Positions 62,094-64,000 of a stretch of DNA of 64,000 nt are shown here, piece by piece. The notes under the pieces are model-generated. The model worked only from the letters and a program-made list of their open reading frames with translations. It was not told the origin of the DNA and ran no database searches. Origin of the DNA: an uncultured Verrucomicrobiae bacterium (GTDB lineage: Bacteria; Verrucomicrobiota; Verrucomicrobiia; Chthoniobacterales; Terrimicrobiaceae); NCBI GenBank assembly GCA_963706955.1, contig CAVPOC010000014.1, positions 34,282 to 98,281 on the forward strand, given 5' to 3'. The translations under genes were made by a program, and so were the position numbers. The first letter of the stretch is position 1. Each line of letters begins with the position of its first letter.

Positions 62094-62534
62094 ATGAAAT
62101 CGGGACACCTATTTCGCTACGTAATCATGACCATTGGAATGGGCGCCCTCGCGGGATGCGCGAGTCCGGGCTGGAGGGAAGTGGATGCTTACGGCCGCCT
62201 TTGGAAAGTCTTCCCGCTGGAGGAGGTTGGGATCGAGGTGCAGGTTCAGGACGCCGCGGGCACCCCGCTTTCCGGCTATCGTTTCGCCGTGCTGGATCAA
62301 AAAGTCGGAAATCTGACCGGCTATCAGGAGATTGAGATCGGGGGAAGTGTCATTTTCCTGCGTCCGCGCTCCGAGCCGGTCATCTTCAGCATCGAGGGTC
62401 GAGCCGAGGATGGGGCGGTATATCCCGTTTATCGCCAGTTCCAGCGTTCAGACCTTAAATGCAGCCTGCGGTTGGTGTTCCGGTTTGATTCGGAGGGCTA
62501 TTGCAGCTTTATTTCTTCATCAAAGGTCCGCTGA
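62094..62534 (+). CDS. Hypothetical lipoprotein
   Basis: MKSGHLFRYVIMTIGMGALAGC lipobox. Confidence 0.6.
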   Translation: MKSGHLFRYVIMTIGMGALAGCASPGWREVDAYGRLWKVFPLEEVGIEVQVQDAAGTPLSGYRFAVLDQKVGNLTGYQEIEIGGSVIFLRPRSEPVIFSIEGRAEDGAVYPVYRQFQRSDLKCSLRLVFRFDSEGYCSFISSSKVR

Positions 62535-62537
62535 AAT

Positions 62538-63563
62538 CATTGTGTTACGAAACGGTCACAACGGCTGAAACGATTGGATCGGACGCTGGTTTAGTGCTGG
62601 ATAATGCGGCGGAACGCCCGTCTTGATCCATTGCGGGAACGAAAGAAACTTCTCTTGGCGATGAGGCGTTGCAAGGCTTGGAGGAGGCGATTCGCTCGGA
62701 ATCGCCGGGGATTGAGATCGTCGATTTTCTCGGGTGGCGCGTTTTCGTCGAAGCGAAGAGCGTACCGATTTATGTGCGCGGTCTCGCGGACGGTGCACTC
62801 ATGCTGCGGTCGCCTTTGGGAACGCTCGTGGAAGGACCTTGATCAGTACCTGAAATTTGCTCCTCTACGCAAATTGCGGTCTCGTCGTGACGAAAGGCGC
62901 CGGCTTCTGTCTCGACCGGAACGGCCGGCTTTCGTTGGAGCGAACAATCCCGGGCGGCCTCGTCGCGGCGCCAAGCGTGGGTCGTGCTGGGTTGTAAGGC
63001 GCGTTACGGCAGCACCCGCGTGCGCCTGCTCTGGGTAGAGACCTCTAAGGAGGTGCTCTTGTTGGTGACCAACCAAGAGCCCGAGGAGATGCCGCCGAAC
63101 TGGTGGCCGCTCTGTCCCCACACCAACGTTGGCGCATCGAACTGTTCTTCCGCTGGATCAAATGCATTTTGGGTTGTCGGCATTGGCTGGCGGAGTCCCC
63201 CCGCGGGGTGGCCATTGAAATTTATCTCGCCCTCATCGCCGCTCTGCTCCTGCAACTCTACAGCGGGCGGCGTCCCAACCGCCGGATGCTGGAGCTTATC
63301 CAACTTTATCTGCTCGGGGTGGCCAGCAGCCAAGATCTGCACGCTGGCTGGCAACGCCAATTGCTGCGTCTGCAGAAAAGCAAAGCACCACAATCTTAAC
63401 TTGCCTGCTAGGCGTCTTTGTCGCTCGAAGTCGCCGAGCATTCGCATGCCCCAATGCTGCCCTCTGTCTTCGCACCTGCACGCTTCCCTCTTTTATCGCA
63501 GCCCTCACCCGACATCAAAATCCTGCAAGGAGCCAACAGCAATTTCCTTGCCGAACACTACTG
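62538..63563 (+). mobile_element. Degenerate IS4-family insertion sequence
   Basis: QRWRIELFFRWIKCILGCRH..ES..G..IEIYLALIA transposase C-terminus (63103-63399); candidate ends CATTGTGTTACGAAA (62538) and TTGCCGAACACTACTG (to 63563); N-terminal part broken. Confidence 0.7.
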
Positions 63564-63846
63564 GCGTCCCGCCTGCGATTCGCACGAAGACAGGCGAGAC
63601 GCCGCGAGACGCCTGTCCCACATTTTCTGACCGGCTTCCACAAAATGAGACACTACCAAATCTCAAAGTTAGAATGGTTCTCGCAAGTCGCCTCCGCGAA
63701 ACCCGAGGGGAGGGCGAGCCTCCCGGCGAGCGGCTACCTGATTCATTTCCATCAAAGAGTTGGACGATCGTGCGGTCAAAACTACGGTCGCCTCGGAGAG
63801 GCAACCCTGCCATTTACAAGGTAGGGACGGCTCTCCGAGCCGTCCG
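63564..63846. repeat. Cluster of REP-like palindromes of three types
   Basis: GCGTCCCGCCTG..ACAGGCGAGACGCC..TGTCCCACA (63564-63622); GGAGGGCGAGCCTCCCGGCGAGC (63709-63731); GGTAGGGACGGCTCTCCGAGCCGTCCG (63820-63846). Confidence 0.6.
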
Positions 63847-64000
63847 TTGCTTTCCTGGAAGCGTCCCATTGTTTTCGAAATGTGGTATCAGTTGTGAGAT
63901 TGGCCCGAACAGGGTCGATGGGTGGCCGGCCAGGGTTTGCCACTCGGCGAAGGTCCACCAAGCGGCGATTCGGACCGTGGCCACCAAGCGAATCGATAGC

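Overview
A 64-kb window of GC-rich bacterial chromosome. The gene content and REP-like repeats suggest a soil Verrucomicrobiota (Chthoniobacterales-like) genome; this is inference only. Most of it is a mix of housekeeping and accessory genes (fabF, Mop/TOBE, MFS, gltS, glsA, malE, GH1, catalase-related peroxidase/cyt b561, corA, trxC, ppk2, FNT, EmrAB-like pump, surE, aroF, queH). Several genes carry single-base frameshifts, which looks like an imperfectly polished long-read assembly. The most unusual structure is non-coding and centred on two tRNA genes. (1) tRNA-Asn(GTT) at 25385-25459 (-) is followed by three identical 147-bp RtT-like units, each ending in the last 19 nt of the tRNA including CCA. 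About 7 kb further downstream are a decayed unit and a 17-bp att-like copy, bounding an island with a DUF4157 polymorphic-toxin-like gene. Upstream of this tRNA are two stacked copies of its 5' part and promoter, in which the same 14-bp palindrome has replaced two tRNA segments. (2) tRNA-His(GTG) at 60637-60709 (+) is followed by five 92-110-bp RtT-like units, then a tRNA-Glu-like 3' fragment carrying a homologous unit with compensatory hairpin changes but a Glu-type tail. Together these suggest a small structured element that attaches at the T-loop of different tRNAs and amplifies in tandem. Also notable are a CutF/CruR-like CxxC/Pro-rich leader upstream of a His-rich outer-membrane protein, a CbiX-DUF362 fusion and a broken STAND ATPase-PP2C fusion. 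All family calls come from motif recognition by eye; no searches were run.
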